Program-made: the position numbers and the translations under genes | Part shown: piece after piece, positions 46,871-57,865 of the stretch | Layout: every line of letters begins with the position of its first letter | How positions within the stretch are numbered: the first letter of the stretch is position 1 | Notes under the pieces: generated by a model | Databases searched by the model: none | Seen by the model: the letters and a program-made list of their open reading frames with translations, nothing else | Told to the model about the DNA's origin: nothing | Assembly (NCBI GenBank): GCA_963845535.1 | Contig: CAWJSK010000012.1 | Coordinates: 320,001-384,000, forward strand | Reading direction: 5' to 3' | Length of the DNA stretch: 64,000 bases | Origin: an uncultured Spirochaetota bacterium | Lineage (GTDB): Bacteria > Spirochaetota > Spirochaetia > SZUA-6 > Fen-1364

Positions 46871-48648
46871 TCAGTACGTCCCGCTCACCACAAGGTCCTC
46901 GAACGAGCTCACATACGAGGAGATGTTTCCAACGGCCTCTTCGTGGATGGTGAGCAAGTATGGCAACTCCCTGTCCAGCCGCGTCTTCCCCTGCGGGTCC
47001 ATCTGGTTCACCGCTTCCAGCCCCTTGGTGAGAGTGATGTGCCGGTTGTCGAGGTTCCCGAAGTAATACGTCCGAGAATCGAAGTTCGCGGCCTGGCCCT
47101 GCGTGCTCCCCGCGGGGGGTTGCGTGGCCAGAAGCGGGTCCACGGGCACCCATCCGAGAGAGTCGATGTAGAACTCGTCCCAGAAGTGCCGACGGGCGGG
47201 GTTGCCCGGATCTCCGGCAAGGTAGCCCGCCACCATGCGCGAAGGAACGCCGACAGAGCGCAGCAGCGCGCAATACAGCGAGGACCAGGCGAACGCGTCC
47301 CCTTTCTTCGTCTTCAACAGCGCCAGGGGATCACCCTCCTGCGTGGTCTGCGCGAAAGAAAGCGTCGAAACCATCCACTCATAGAGGCGGCGCGCCTTGT
47401 ACCAGGGGTTCTTCTCCGCGCCAATGATGCCCGCCGCCGCTTTGACGACCTCCGGACTCGCCGCGGGAGCCAGAACGTCCGGCGACGTGAAGTGGCGGTA
47501 CATGTCGGTTGTCGTGTCGTAGGAAGCCGGGATCCGCGACGGGTTCACCTGCGTCTCCACGGCGTAGCGGTCGAACATCCAGCTCAACCCGACGTGGTAT
47601 CTGCCGCCCTTCTGGACGTTCGACAGCGAGTACAGGGCCGGGCCGTTTCCGGCAACCATGGGATCAGGGTCCTGGGCCACGAGCTGCACACGCGTCTGCT
47701 CGGGGCTCTCGATGACATGAGGCATCCAGAGGTACAGGGTGTTGTCCCCGCTTGCCGCGTTGACCGTCACGTTCATTCCGTACTGGACGGAGTACTTGCG
47801 CGGAGAGGTGAACAGCTTCGTCCCCGCGCCGGCAAGAACCTCGAAATACAACGAGTTGCTCTGGCCCTTGTCGGAGATCACCAGCACATTGCCTGATACC
47901 GCGCCGTCAGGCACGCGCAGGACGATCTCCCGGTCCGACCAGGAGACATAGTCCATGTTGTAGTCCCGGGCGGGAAGCATGCCGAGCTGATCGGCGCCCG
48001 CGCTTGTGGAGGATGAACCGGCCCCCCAGGAGAAGTCCGCACTGGACTCCCCTTTCTCGAGACCGAAGTTCATCCCGGAGATCGTGATCATGTCCCCCAC
48101 TTGCGCCGCCATGGGCTGGATGGAGCTCACGTACGGTCCGCCGGGCTTCGCCGGCCCGGAGGCGAGCACGGGATCTGGTCACGGTTGATGAACAAGAGCC
48201 CCCCGCTCCTGCCGTTTCGCGTAATGACGTACACGATCCCGGAAGTTGCCTCGTCAGGAATGGTCACGCTGATACGGGAGTCCGTCCACTCCACGTAGTC
48301 GGAGGAAGTGGGTGACACTCCCGAGATGCGGACTTCCGAGGTGGAGCGCGAGGGTCCGAAGTAGTGCCCGGTAATGATCATCACGTCCCCCGGCTTGCCG
48401 CTGGTGGGTGTAATGGAGTCTATCTGCGGCGGACGGCCCACGAGCCGGGAGCTCAGGAGCACGAAAAGGACGAGCCCGACCACGACGGCGGTCGGAATGA
48501 ATCCCTTGCTCTTGAGGATGCGCTGGTGCGGCTTTTGCCTGTCCTTGGTTTCCTGACCGTTGCCGCCGGCCGGGGCCTCTTCACCGCCCGCGGCAGCGTC
48601 TTCGAACGAACGTGTCTCTGAGTATGGGTCGTTGCGCGGGTAACTCAT
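46871..48648 (-). CDS. Membrane-anchored IPT/TIG plus transglutaminase-like domain protein; apparent frameshift near 48170
   Basis: Two IPT/TIG repeats (ITGHYFG..WTDSRISV, ISGMNFG..WSDREI); ALLRSVGVPSR, HFWDEFY, WVPVDP; ORFs join as DQIPVLASG. Confidence 0.75.
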
Positions 48649-49260
48649 CTATTGCTGTGGCTGTGGCTGTGGCTGCGCCTGAGGCTGCGGTTCGGGCTGG
48701 GGCTGAGCCTGTCCCGACGGCTCGGCCGGGCCAGGGGGCTGGGCTTGGGACTGGGGCTTCTGCTGCTCTGCGCTTTCGTAGGGGACGATCTTGATCTCGA
48801 CCTCGACATTCACCACACCCCTTCTTCGAGCTTCTTCATCCGAGATCCCCAGCGGAAAGAACAGCACCTTCTCTCCGAACGACACCGGAATGCTCGAGAA
48901 AGTGCTGGAATACTTCACTTCGTTGTCCGACGGCGTGGCAAACCACACCTGCCCCTGGGCAAGGAGGAGAACCTCCCCGTTGTCCTGCACATACGGGGTG
49001 CAGATGAGGTAGATGCGGACGTTGTCACCGTCAAGGCGGACGCGGATGGATCTGCCGGGAAGAGTGAGCTTGGTGCTCTCCGCGTTCCAGATGGGCTTCT
49101 GGTCAGACGGCAGCACGCGCGCGGAAATGGTGACCTGGAGGGCGTTTGAAAGGAGGGACTGCAGCGCCTCTTTCGGATCGGTCTCCCGGTCCTCGGGTTG
49201 GGCCTGCAGCGCGGCCAGAGCCAGGAGGAGCGGGGCGAGGGCGACGCTCCTCATCACCAT
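48649..49260 (-). CDS. Exported hypothetical protein with Pro/Gln-repeat tail
   Basis: Signal-like N-terminus; LLLAQGQVW, GEKVLFFPLG; in the sigma/anti-sigma operon. Confidence 0.65.
   Translation of the reverse strand: MVMRSVALAPLLLALAALQAQPEDRETDPKEALQSLLSNALQVTISARVLPSDQKPIWNAESTKLTLPGRSIRVRLDGDNVRIYLICTPYVQDNGEVLLLAQGQVWFATPSDNEVKYSSTFSSIPVSFGEKVLFFPLGISDEEARRRGVVNVEVEIKIVPYESAEQQKPQSQAQPPGPAEPSGQAQPQPEPQPQAQPQPQPQQ
48652..48708. repeat. Imperfect hexanucleotide tandem repeat (GGCTGN) encoding PQ repeats
   Basis: ctgtgg ctgtgg ctgtgg ctgcgc ctgagg ctgcgg...; protein QAQPQPEPQPQAQPQPQPQQ. Confidence 0.7.
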
Positions 49261-49817
49261 GTCTTGTCCTTGGGGAACTCGGTGGCCTTGCCCATGCGGG
49301 GTTCACCCACGGGAAGGAGGCGCACGTTCTTGGGCAGGAGGATGACGTCCTCCCGCGACGTGTCTTCAGCCCCGACGGACTTCAGCAGCGTCTCCAGCTC
49401 CGAGATGGGAGCGGAAATCTGTATCTCCGTGCCGCCGGCGGGCGCCTTGGTTATCCGCACGAGCCCGACGTGGGGCCGTAGCTGGGTTACTGCCAGCGCG
49501 GCGCCGAAGATGAGAACCAGCGCCGCCGCAAGAGCGGCAACGGGCAGGGGAACGCTCACCTTTCGCCCCCAGACGGGAGTCTCCCTGCGCGGGGGCGGCG
49601 TCTGCGTCCGCAGAGCGCGGCGCACGCGCTCCAGGGGAGCCTGCCAATCCGAAAGCGGCTCCTCTCTCAGCACCCGACGGGTTTCCGCCAGCCGGGCGTG
49701 CAACGACCTGCACGTTTCACACGAAGCCAGGTGCTCCGTGATTGCGGTGTCCCAGGGGGCTTCGATCTCCCCATCGAGATATGCGGAGATGATTTGACGG
49801 TCAGGGCACATATGCAT
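49254..49817 (-). CDS. Zinc-finger (zf-HC2) anti-sigma factor
   Basis: CPDRQIISAYLDGE...HLASCETC, single TM helix. Confidence 0.85.
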   Translation of the reverse strand: MHMCPDRQIISAYLDGEIEAPWDTAITEHLASCETCRSLHARLAETRRVLREEPLSDWQAPLERVRRALRTQTPPPRRETPVWGRKVSVPLPVAALAAALVLIFGAALAVTQLRPHVGLVRITKAPAGGTEIQISAPISELETLLKSVGAEDTSREDVILLPKNVRLLPVGEPRMGKATEFPKDKTW

Positions 49818-50331
49818 CACCTTCCATGAGCGCCTTCCCCAGGTGCTCCCGAGCCCGAAAGATCCGGACTTTCACGTTATTCTCACTGATCCCCAGGATT
49901 GAACCGATCTCCTTATAGCTCAAGTCTCCGTACTCACGAAAGACAAGCGGAGCGCGCAGGTTGTAGGGCAGCGCATCAAGCGCCTTCTGGACCGTTGACC
50001 GCGTCTCCTCCCGGATGAGCTGCTTTTCGCTGGACTCCGCAACGCCGAGGGAAAGGCGCGTGAGCTTTGAGAACGCAGCCTTCTCCCTGTGCCTCCTCTT
50101 CTCATAGTTGAGAGAGAGGTTCTTGACGACCCGTATCAACCAGAACTTGCATTGATCCAGATCCGGCAGGAGATTTGGCCGTTCCATAAGCTTTATGAAC
50201 GCTTCATGACAGAGGTCCTCCGCGATCTCTCTGTCGCCCGTTACGCGCAAAGACACCCGGAAAATGATTGGAAAGAGGGTTTCATAGACAGCTTCAAAAG
50301 ACGGCGGGCGCGCATATTCCGTGCTACTCAT
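49801..50331 (-). CDS. ECF RNA polymerase sigma factor
   Basis: AEDLCHEAFIKL, WLIRVVKNLSLN, LSYKEIGSILGISENNVKVRIFRAR. Confidence 0.9.
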   Translation of the reverse strand: MSSTEYARPPSFEAVYETLFPIIFRVSLRVTGDREIAEDLCHEAFIKLMERPNLLPDLDQCKFWLIRVVKNLSLNYEKRRHREKAAFSKLTRLSLGVAESSEKQLIREETRSTVQKALDALPYNLRAPLVFREYGDLSYKEIGSILGISENNVKVRIFRAREHLGKALMEGDAYVP

Positions 50332-50369
50332 TACTAACAACAATCGTCTGCCGATGTTACAGGTTTCCC

Positions 50370-51785
50370 TCACCTTTGACCAGCGGCAAAGCGTACTTTC
50401 TGGCCTTGGGGACCGTCCTGCACCTCGATCCCGCGTTCGCGAAGGAGGGCCCGAATCTCATCCGAGCGCTTGTAATTGCCTGCCTTGCGAGCCAGCAGCC
50501 GCTCCTCGAGGAGCGCTTTGGCCTCTTCGTCCAGGTGCAGCTCCTCTTCCTTGGCCGAAGCGAGGTCCAGGTCGAATATCCTGTCCATGCGGAGCGCAAG
50601 CCCGAGCTTCTGCGCAGCGGGGACTTCGGCGTCCCTGAGCAAGGTCCACAGGTCAGCCAGGCAGCGCGGCATGTTCAAGTCATCCGTAAGGTGCGTCTCG
50701 AAATCCTTCAGATAATCCAGCGCCTTCCCTGAGGGCTCCTGCGGCCCGTGCGGCGCCTCTGCCTTGAGTTGGGCGATCCTCTCCATCAACCCGCGGCGAC
50801 TCGTCCGCGCCCCGTCCAGCCCCTCGAAGGTGAAGACGAGCTGCGTTCGATAATGCGCCCCCAGACAGAAGAACCTGAAATCCAGGGGGTCATATCCCTT
50901 CTCCGCAAGGGAGGACAGCGTGAGGAAGTTCCCTGCCGACTTGGCCATCTTCTCACGTCCCATGAGAAGGAACTCCCCGTGCAGCCAGTAGTTCACCCAC
51001 TTCTTGCCGGTGGCAGCCTCGGACTGGGCGATCTCATTGGTGTGATGGACGGGCACGTGGTCTATCCCGCCGCAATGAAGGTCGAAATGCTCCCCAAGAT
51101 ACTTCATGGACATGGCGCTGCACTCGATGTGCCATCCGGGGTAACCGCGGCCCCACGGGGAATCCCAGAGCATGGCCTGATGCTCGAACTTCGATTTCGT
51201 GAACCACAGGACGAAGTCGAATGGGTTCCTTTTGCCCTGGTCCACCACGACCCGGGCGCCAGCCCTGAGGTCCTGCTGGTCCAGCAGGGCGAGCTTGCCG
51301 TACTCAGGGAACCGCGCGATGTCGAAATAGAGGTTCCCGCCGGCGGAGTAGGTAAACCCGTTTGCCTCGATCCTGCGGATCAGGTCTATCATGTCCTGGA
51401 TGTGGTCCGTTGCCTTGCACACCACCGTGGGCATGGCGCACCGCAGAAGCGAGAAATCTCTGAAGAAAGCTTTGGTATAGAACTCCGCAATCTCCCAGAC
51501 CGTGCGGCCGGTCTCACGGGAGCTTTTGACCATCTTGTCCTCACCCTCGTCCGTGTCTCCCGTGAGGTGCCCAACGTCCGTAACGTTCATGACGTGTCTG
51601 ACCTGGTAGCCGCAGTACTCGAGGGTCTTGCGGAGGATGTCCTCGAAGACATATGAGCGAAGATTTCCGATGTGCGCGAAATTGTACACGGTAAGGCCGC
51701 AGGCGTACATTCCGACCTTTTTGTCGGTGATGGGCGCAAAAGTCTCCATCCGCCTGCCCATTGTATTGAAGAGTTTCAATTCCAC
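50370..51785 (-). CDS. cysS: Cysteine--tRNA ligase
   Basis: YACGLTVY, HIGN, GYPGWHIECSAM, HHTNE, KMAKS. Confidence 0.95.
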   Translation of the reverse strand: MELKLFNTMGRRMETFAPITDKKVGMYACGLTVYNFAHIGNLRSYVFEDILRKTLEYCGYQVRHVMNVTDVGHLTGDTDEGEDKMVKSSRETGRTVWEIAEFYTKAFFRDFSLLRCAMPTVVCKATDHIQDMIDLIRRIEANGFTYSAGGNLYFDIARFPEYGKLALLDQQDLRAGARVVVDQGKRNPFDFVLWFTKSKFEHQAMLWDSPWGRGYPGWHIECSAMSMKYLGEHFDLHCGGIDHVPVHHTNEIAQSEAATGKKWVNYWLHGEFLLMGREKMAKSAGNFLTLSSLAEKGYDPLDFRFFCLGAHYRTQLVFTFEGLDGARTSRRGLMERIAQLKAEAPHGPQEPSGKALDYLKDFETHLTDDLNMPRCLADLWTLLRDAEVPAAQKLGLALRMDRIFDLDLASAKEEELHLDEEAKALLEERLLARKAGNYKRSDEIRALLRERGIEVQDGPQGQKVRFAAGQR

Positions 51786-51860
51786 GAAAGACCCTCCGCG
51801 GGAGTGTTTCCGGCGATGAGTGTAGACCTTCGCCACCGCGACCGCTACTATTCTGGTCTC

Positions 51861-52772
51861 GTGGCAACAGTACGGGAATTGGAAGGGAAAATCAAGATCG
51901 ACGGCATTTTGCGCCGCTCGGAACCCATGCGGGAGCACACGAGCTTTCGTATTGGCGGCCCCGCGGACCTGTACCTGGCCCCGCGCTCCGCTGCCGAAGT
52001 TGCGCGGATCACCGCCGCATGCGCCAGAGAGTCCCTGCCCTGTTTCCTCCTAGGCGGTGGAACCAACATCCTCGTCTCCGACAAGGGGATCAGGGGCGTC
52101 GTTGTGGATCTCGGGGGCGTCGCCGGATGCAGCATGGAAGGGACCATCGTTTTCGCCCAGTGCGGAACGCTGATCTCAGACGTGGCGGCGCTTGCCAGGG
52201 ATCACCGCCTCTCGGGGCTGGAGTTCGCGTACGCGCTGCCGGGAAGCGTAGGCGGCGCGGTCTGGATGAACGCACGCTGCTATGACCGCCAGATGAGTGA
52301 CGTGCTCGAATACGTCGAGTTCCTGGATGCCCAAGGCGCCGTCCGACGTGAGAAGATCGACCCGGGCAAATGGGGCTACAAGATCTCACCGTTCCAGGCC
52401 GGCGGCAGGGTGATCCTGGGCGCCGGGATGCGGCTGGAGCACGGAGAGGCGCAAGCCATCTCCGCGGCCATGGAGGCGCACAGGGCGGACCGCGCGAAAA
52501 AGGGGCACTTCCTTCATCCGTGCGCGGGAAGCGTATTCAAGAACAACAGGGAGTTCGGGGCTCCCACGGGGAAGCTCATTGACTCCCTGGGGTTGAAGGG
52601 AAAGAAAATCGGTGGCGCGCAGATCGCGCCGTTTCACGGGAACATCATCATCAACATGGACCAGGCCACCGCGTCCGACGTGTTGTCCCTCATCCTCGTC
52701 ATGGAAGAGGAAGTCCAGAAAAGACTCGGGTTCCGCCTGGAAAGAGAAGTCCTCCTGGTCGGAGAGTGGTGA
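51861..52772 (+). CDS. murB: UDP-N-acetylmuramate dehydrogenase
   Basis: HTSFRIGGPAD, LGGGTNILVSD, PGSVGGAVWMNARCY, AGSVFKN, LEREV. Confidence 0.92.
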   Translation: MATVRELEGKIKIDGILRRSEPMREHTSFRIGGPADLYLAPRSAAEVARITAACARESLPCFLLGGGTNILVSDKGIRGVVVDLGGVAGCSMEGTIVFAQCGTLISDVAALARDHRLSGLEFAYALPGSVGGAVWMNARCYDRQMSDVLEYVEFLDAQGAVRREKIDPGKWGYKISPFQAGGRVILGAGMRLEHGEAQAISAAMEAHRADRAKKGHFLHPCAGSVFKNNREFGAPTGKLIDSLGLKGKKIGGAQIAPFHGNIIINMDQATASDVLSLILVMEEEVQKRLGFRLEREVLLVGEW

Positions 52773-52775
52773 GGC

Positions 52776-54106
52776 TCACGGCTCGGAGTGGGACCCCCAC
52801 AGGAGTGACAACCGCAGGCTCTTGCCGAAGTCCGGCGGCGTCGCGGCAAGCTTGAGCTCTTCGAGTCCTGCCGTGAGAGTCACGCGGAAGCTCTTCCGCG
52901 CAAGGCGCGCGGTGAAAAGAGCCGAAATCTCCTGAGCGCCTCCTTCGAGATGGAACACCGTCCCCTGGAAGCCAGCAAGTGACCCGTGATGGTCGAGCGT
53001 GGCTTCCATGCTCACGCGCGCTGAAATCCCCTGCGTGCCATCACACCCAAAGCCGGACTCGAAAGTGAACGGCGACACGCGAAGGGTGGCCGCTGCCGCG
53101 CAGCGGGACGTGGAGTCCTGATCTCCGTCCGATTCCCCGTGAACGATCCTCCCGCCTTCCACGCGAGCCCTCAAGAGAGCCTGCTCGGTTGTTGCGAGAA
53201 CCTTCTCCACGGTAAAGCTCGCCTCCGTCCGGTCCGCCAGAAAAGGACGCGGGGAGAACTCCGGCTGGCGCACGGACCGTGAGAGTCGCAGGTCCGCGCG
53301 TCCGCCCTCGGTCTCCACAAGGAGCGCTCCTGAGACGAGTGAGGCATCCCGCGGACGTTCCCCGCGCGGGGAGCAGTACGCGCTGTCAGCTTTCGCAAAG
53401 AGCAGAAACAGCCTGAAAGGCTCCACCCTCATTCCAAGTGCACGTGCAGGAACGCCCCGGGGAGGCACGTTTCCCCCGAAGATGCGCCGAACGTTGCCGC
53501 CGCCGCAAACGGCTGGCTGTCAAAGACGAACCGCGCGGCTCCGCAGAGCACCTTCCCGCCCGCAAACGGAACGCGGTCCGTGATCCACTCTTCTCCCCGG
53601 GAGCCGCGGGGAGGCGCCGAAAGGGAAACGAAGCTTTCAAAGCTCATGCCGGGTCTCTGAAAAACACTTGCCATGCAGCCCGCCCATTCCCCGCCGCCCG
53701 AAAGCTGCTCACAGAAAACCCCGAGCGTCCGAGGGAGAGGCATCAGGAGAATCCCCTCCTGCTGACGCGGAAAAGAGGCGTCCAGGATGAACCCTGAGCG
53801 CTCGACAAAAACGTCGCTTCCGGCCTGGAACCCCATTGGGTTCCAGGCTTCGCGAAGGATCCCAGCGGGGGACAGGGGTCCAACCCGAAGCCAGGGGCAG
53901 GAAAGCCCCGCCAGCACCTCAGCAGAGGCGTCAGCGGCCGGCTGGCAGCCGGCAGCGGTAAGGCGATAATCTCCGCTTCGAAGGTCGAAGCGCAGCGTCA
54001 GGTCCTGCCTCCAGTCGAACGCGGAGGAGATGTCGACAGAAAGCGGCGACGCGGCGACGCGCCAGCAGCACAGGAGGAAGAAGACGCACAGGCGGGCAGC
54101 GGCCAT
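52776..54106 (-). CDS. Exported hypothetical protein (beta-rich); apparent frameshift near 53434
   Basis: ORFs 53429-54106 (signal peptide) and 52776-53468 join as FLHVHLGMRVEPF if one G is restored. Confidence 0.45.
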
Positions 54107-54293
54107 CGGTAAAAGTACGAGGGCGCGGAGCCCGGCGCTTGCGCGCGCCTGACGGCCGGGGGTTGCCGCAGCGCGTTACTGCCGGGCGATCGCTCGGGTC
54201 GCTTGACCTGCGTGCACATTGCGGATATCACTCTTGAGGCGATTGCGAGGCATGGCCCCGGGGCGCTGTGCTGCGAATGAAAGGGACCTTCCA

Positions 54294-55634
54294 ATGGACA
54301 TATTGACTCTCAACTGCGGCAGCTCGTCGCTCAAGTACCAGCTCTATCGATGGGAAGAGCGCGACGTCCTCGCTTCCGGCATCGTCGAACGGGTCACCGT
54401 CGGCGGCTCGTTCATCAACCACTACTCCAAGAGAATAGGAAAGAAGATCAAGAAGGAGCATGACTGCCCCAACCACAAAGAGGCAATCGAGCTGATCGTC
54501 TCCACGCTGCTGGACCCTGAGGTGGGAGCCATCACCACCTTGTCGGACATCAAGGCCGTGGGGCACCGCGTGGTGCACGGCGGGGACAAGTTCGCCAAAT
54601 CCGTGATCATCGATGATAGTGCGCTGTCCACGTTCCGAGAGCTCTCCGATCTGGCGCCCCTGCACAACCCTCCCAACATCACCGGCATCGAAGCCGCGCG
54701 GGAAGTGCTTCCCGACGTCCCCCACTGCGCCATCATGGACACGGCGTGGCACCAGACCATGCCGGCAACCTCATTCATGTATGCGCTGCCGTACGCGTGG
54801 TATGAGAACTACCGGGTGCGCCGCTACGGCTTCCACGGCACCTCGTTCCTGTACGTCGCCAAGCGGGCTGCTGTCCTGCTTGGCAAGAACCCTTTCGCCA
54901 CCAACCTCGTCTGTTTCCACATCGGCAACGGCTCCAGCGCCAACGCTGTAAAGAACGGCGTGTCCCTGGACACCTCCATGGGGTTCACGCCCCTGGAAGG
55001 CCTGGTCATGGGCACGCGCGCCGGTGACCACGACGCCACTATCGGCTTCTACGTCATGCGCAAGGAGGGGCTGCGCCCTGAGGCCATGGAGAGCATCCTC
55101 AACCGCAAGAGCGGCGTGCTAGGGATTACGGAGAAGTACACGGACAGGCGTGATATCGAGACGGGCGCCTGCGGCGGGGATGAGCGCTGCCAGCTCGCCC
55201 TCGACCTGGAGGGCTACCGGCTGAAGAAGTATCTCGGCGCTTACTACGCGGCGCTCGGCAGGGTTGACGCCGTGGTCTTCACTGCAGGGGTCGGTGAGCG
55301 CGGTCCCATCACGCGGGAGAAGTGCCTGGAAGGTCTGGAGGACATGGGGATCGTCCTCGACAAGCGGAAAAACGAAATCTCCATGACACGAAACGCGGAA
55401 ACGGAGATCACGGGAGCGGGCTCCAAGGTGCGCATCTTCGTGATCCCGACGGATGAAGAGCTGGTCATGACGGAGGATACGCACGCCCTCATAGAAGGGA
55501 CGTACGACGTCCATACGAACTTCACCTATTCGTTCCAGGCAAGGAATTATTCCAACAGGTCCCGGGAGGAAATGCTGAAGTCCGAGCTTTCGGAGAAGAA
55601 GGCCCTCGCGGAGGTCATTGCACGGCCCCGTTAA
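54294..55634 (+). CDS. ackA: Acetate kinase
   Basis: [51 protein letters not shown]. Confidence 0.95.
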   Translation: MDILTLNCGSSSLKYQLYRWEERDVLASGIVERVTVGGSFINHYSKRIGKKIKKEHDCPNHKEAIELIVSTLLDPEVGAITTLSDIKAVGHRVVHGGDKFAKSVIIDDSALSTFRELSDLAPLHNPPNITGIEAAREVLPDVPHCAIMDTAWHQTMPATSFMYALPYAWYENYRVRRYGFHGTSFLYVAKRAAVLLGKNPFATNLVCFHIGNGSSANAVKNGVSLDTSMGFTPLEGLVMGTRAGDHDATIGFYVMRKEGLRPEAMESILNRKSGVLGITEKYTDRRDIETGACGGDERCQLALDLEGYRLKKYLGAYYAALGRVDAVVFTAGVGERGPITREKCLEGLEDMGIVLDKRKNEISMTRNAETEITGAGSKVRIFVIPTDEELVMTEDTHALIEGTYDVHTNFTYSFQARNYSNRSREEMLKSELSEKKALAEVIARPR

Positions 55635-55644
55635 GGAGCCCCTG

Positions 55645-56730
55645 ATGCACGCGTACTTCACACGGAAGAAACCGCTCATAGCGCGCGAGCTGCGGCGCTT
55701 GCTGGAATCCCGCAGCGCCGAGCTGGGGCACATCAACGGATGGGGCCCTGACATGGTGGGGAGGTTCCTCTCCTTCTGCCTCAGGGGGAAGATGATCCGC
55801 GGCGGCCTCCTTGTGCTGGCGTGGGACATGCACGCCCGGCGCCGGGCGTCCGGCGCTGCGTCCGGCTCGGCCCCGCGCGACGTGCTCCAGGCGGCCGCGG
55901 CCGTGGAGGTGCTGCACTCCTCCCTCCTGATCCATGACGACATCATGGACAACGACCGCCTGCGGCGGGGAGAAAGGACCATCTTCGCCCAGTACGAGCA
56001 GGCGGGGCGCCGCGCCCGCGCGGCTGACCCGGCCGCGTTCGGCCGTTCCATGGGGACCTGCGCGGGAGACGCCGGCTACTTTCTGGCCGTCGACGCCCTG
56101 GCCAGGCTGACCCTTGCCGCCCCGCGCAAGGCTTCCCTCATCGGCCTGATCTCTCGCGAGCTGACCTACGTCGCCGTGGCGCAGATGCAGGACCTGGCGT
56201 TCGCTGCGTCGCCGCGGACCCCTTCGCGCGAAGAGGTGCTGTCCCTCTACCTGTACAAGACGGCCCGCTACACCTTCTCCCTGCCCCTCATGGCCGGGGC
56301 GTTGATGGCGGGAGCCTCCCCCGAAGTTCAGCGGCGCCTGGGCGAGCTGGGGGAACGTCTGGGGGTGATCTTCCAGGTGCGCGACGATGAGATGGGGATC
56401 TTCGGCTCGGAGAAGCAGACGGGAAAGCCGGTGGGCTCGGACATCCGCGAAGGCAAGAAGACGCTCCTCTACCTGGAGCTGCTGCGGAGGGCGCGGGGCG
56501 CGCGCAAGCGCGAGTTGGCGGGACTGTTCGGAAAGCCCGGCCTGACCGCCGCCCAGTCGCGCCAGGTGGGTGAGGCCATCGAATCCCTCGGCGCGCGAAA
56601 GACAATGCAGGAGCTTGCCGCGGAGCTTGCCGCGGAGGCGCGCGCCATCATCGAGTCTCTCCCCATTCGCCCGGAGCATGCCAGAGTCCTCAACGAGATC
56701 TGTGACGGGAGCCTCCGCAGAAAGCGCTGA
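55645..56730 (+). CDS. Polyprenyl (GGPP-type) diphosphate synthase
   Basis: GKMIRG, LIHDDIMD..RRG, YKTARYT, FQVRDD, GSDIREGKKT. Confidence 0.9.
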   Translation: MHAYFTRKKPLIARELRRLLESRSAELGHINGWGPDMVGRFLSFCLRGKMIRGGLLVLAWDMHARRRASGAASGSAPRDVLQAAAAVEVLHSSLLIHDDIMDNDRLRRGERTIFAQYEQAGRRARAADPAAFGRSMGTCAGDAGYFLAVDALARLTLAAPRKASLIGLISRELTYVAVAQMQDLAFAASPRTPSREEVLSLYLYKTARYTFSLPLMAGALMAGASPEVQRRLGELGERLGVIFQVRDDEMGIFGSEKQTGKPVGSDIREGKKTLLYLELLRRARGARKRELAGLFGKPGLTAAQSRQVGEAIESLGARKTMQELAAELAAEARAIIESLPIRPEHARVLNEICDGSLRRKR

Positions 56731-56794
56731 GCCCGGAAAAATTGACTTCCCCGCCCCGTGATCCTGCCTTACATTGAAGAAAAAGGAGAAGCCA

Positions 56795-57814
56795 ATGGCG
56801 AACCTGTCGACTCACTTCATGGGGCTTACACTCGAAAACCCGATCATTGCCGGAGCAAGCGACCTCACATCGAACATGGACAGCATCAAGCGCATTGAGC
56901 AAGCGGGAGCGGGCGCCGTGGTGCTGAAAAGCCTTTTCGAGGAGCAGGTCCAGCTCGAACGCTACAAGCTGGAGGAGGACCTGCATTCCTCTGACAACTT
57001 CTACTCGGAAATGACGAGCATTTTCCCGAAGATGGAGCACGCCGGTCCGAAAGAGCACCTCATGTGGGTGAAGAAGGCCAAGGAGGCCGTGCGGATCCCC
57101 GTCATTGCGAGCCTCAACGCCGTGGAACCGAAAACCTGGGTCGAGTACGCGCGGCATCTGACGGACCAGGGCGTGGACGGCCTGGAGCTGAACTTCTTCG
57201 CGACCCCGCGTGATTTCTCCACCTCATCGACGCAGGTCGAGGATGAGCAGCTCGATGCAGTGCGCTCCATCCGCCAGGCGGTGTCCACTCCGCTCGCCGT
57301 CAAGCTCAGCATGTTCTACTCCAATCCGCTGCACTTCATTGCCGAGCTGGACAACGAGGGGATCAGCGCCCTGGTGCTCTTCAACCGGCTCTTCCAGCCC
57401 GACATCAACGTGGATTCCCAGAGCATGGCCCTCCCCTTCAACTTCTCCGCGCAGGCTGACAACCGCCTGCCGCTGAGGTTCGCGGGGCTCCTGCATGGAA
57501 AAGTGAAAGCCGACGTCTGCGCGAGCACGGGCATCATGACGGGCAAGGACGTGGCCAAGATGATCCTTGCGGGCGCGTGCGCGGTCCAGGTGGTGACGGC
57601 TCTGTACAGGAACGGGGTGAAATCCCTGGCAGTCATGCGGGAGGAGCTGGACCGGTGGATGGACGGCAAATCCTACGCGAACCTGGAAAGCTTCCGTGGG
57701 AAGCTCTCCGCGGAGAATACCACCGACCCGTGGGCGTATACGCGGGCCCAGTATGCCAAGATGCTGCTCAATCCGAAGGAGTTCACGGAGCCTGTAGGCG
57801 CGCAGGGAGCGTAA
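56795..57814 (+). CDS. Dihydroorotate dehydrogenase-like FMN protein
   Basis: GAGAVVLKSLFEEQ, PVIASLN, AVKLS, LFNRLFQPD, AGACAVQV. Confidence 0.8.
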   Translation: MANLSTHFMGLTLENPIIAGASDLTSNMDSIKRIEQAGAGAVVLKSLFEEQVQLERYKLEEDLHSSDNFYSEMTSIFPKMEHAGPKEHLMWVKKAKEAVRIPVIASLNAVEPKTWVEYARHLTDQGVDGLELNFFATPRDFSTSSTQVEDEQLDAVRSIRQAVSTPLAVKLSMFYSNPLHFIAELDNEGISALVLFNRLFQPDINVDSQSMALPFNFSAQADNRLPLRFAGLLHGKVKADVCASTGIMTGKDVAKMILAGACAVQVVTALYRNGVKSLAVMREELDRWMDGKSYANLESFRGKLSAENTTDPWAYTRAQYAKMLLNPKEFTEPVGAQGA

Positions 57815-57865
57815 GCTCACCGAAGGCGGTAGGCACGGGCTGAGCCCTCACGCTACTCTCTGGGC

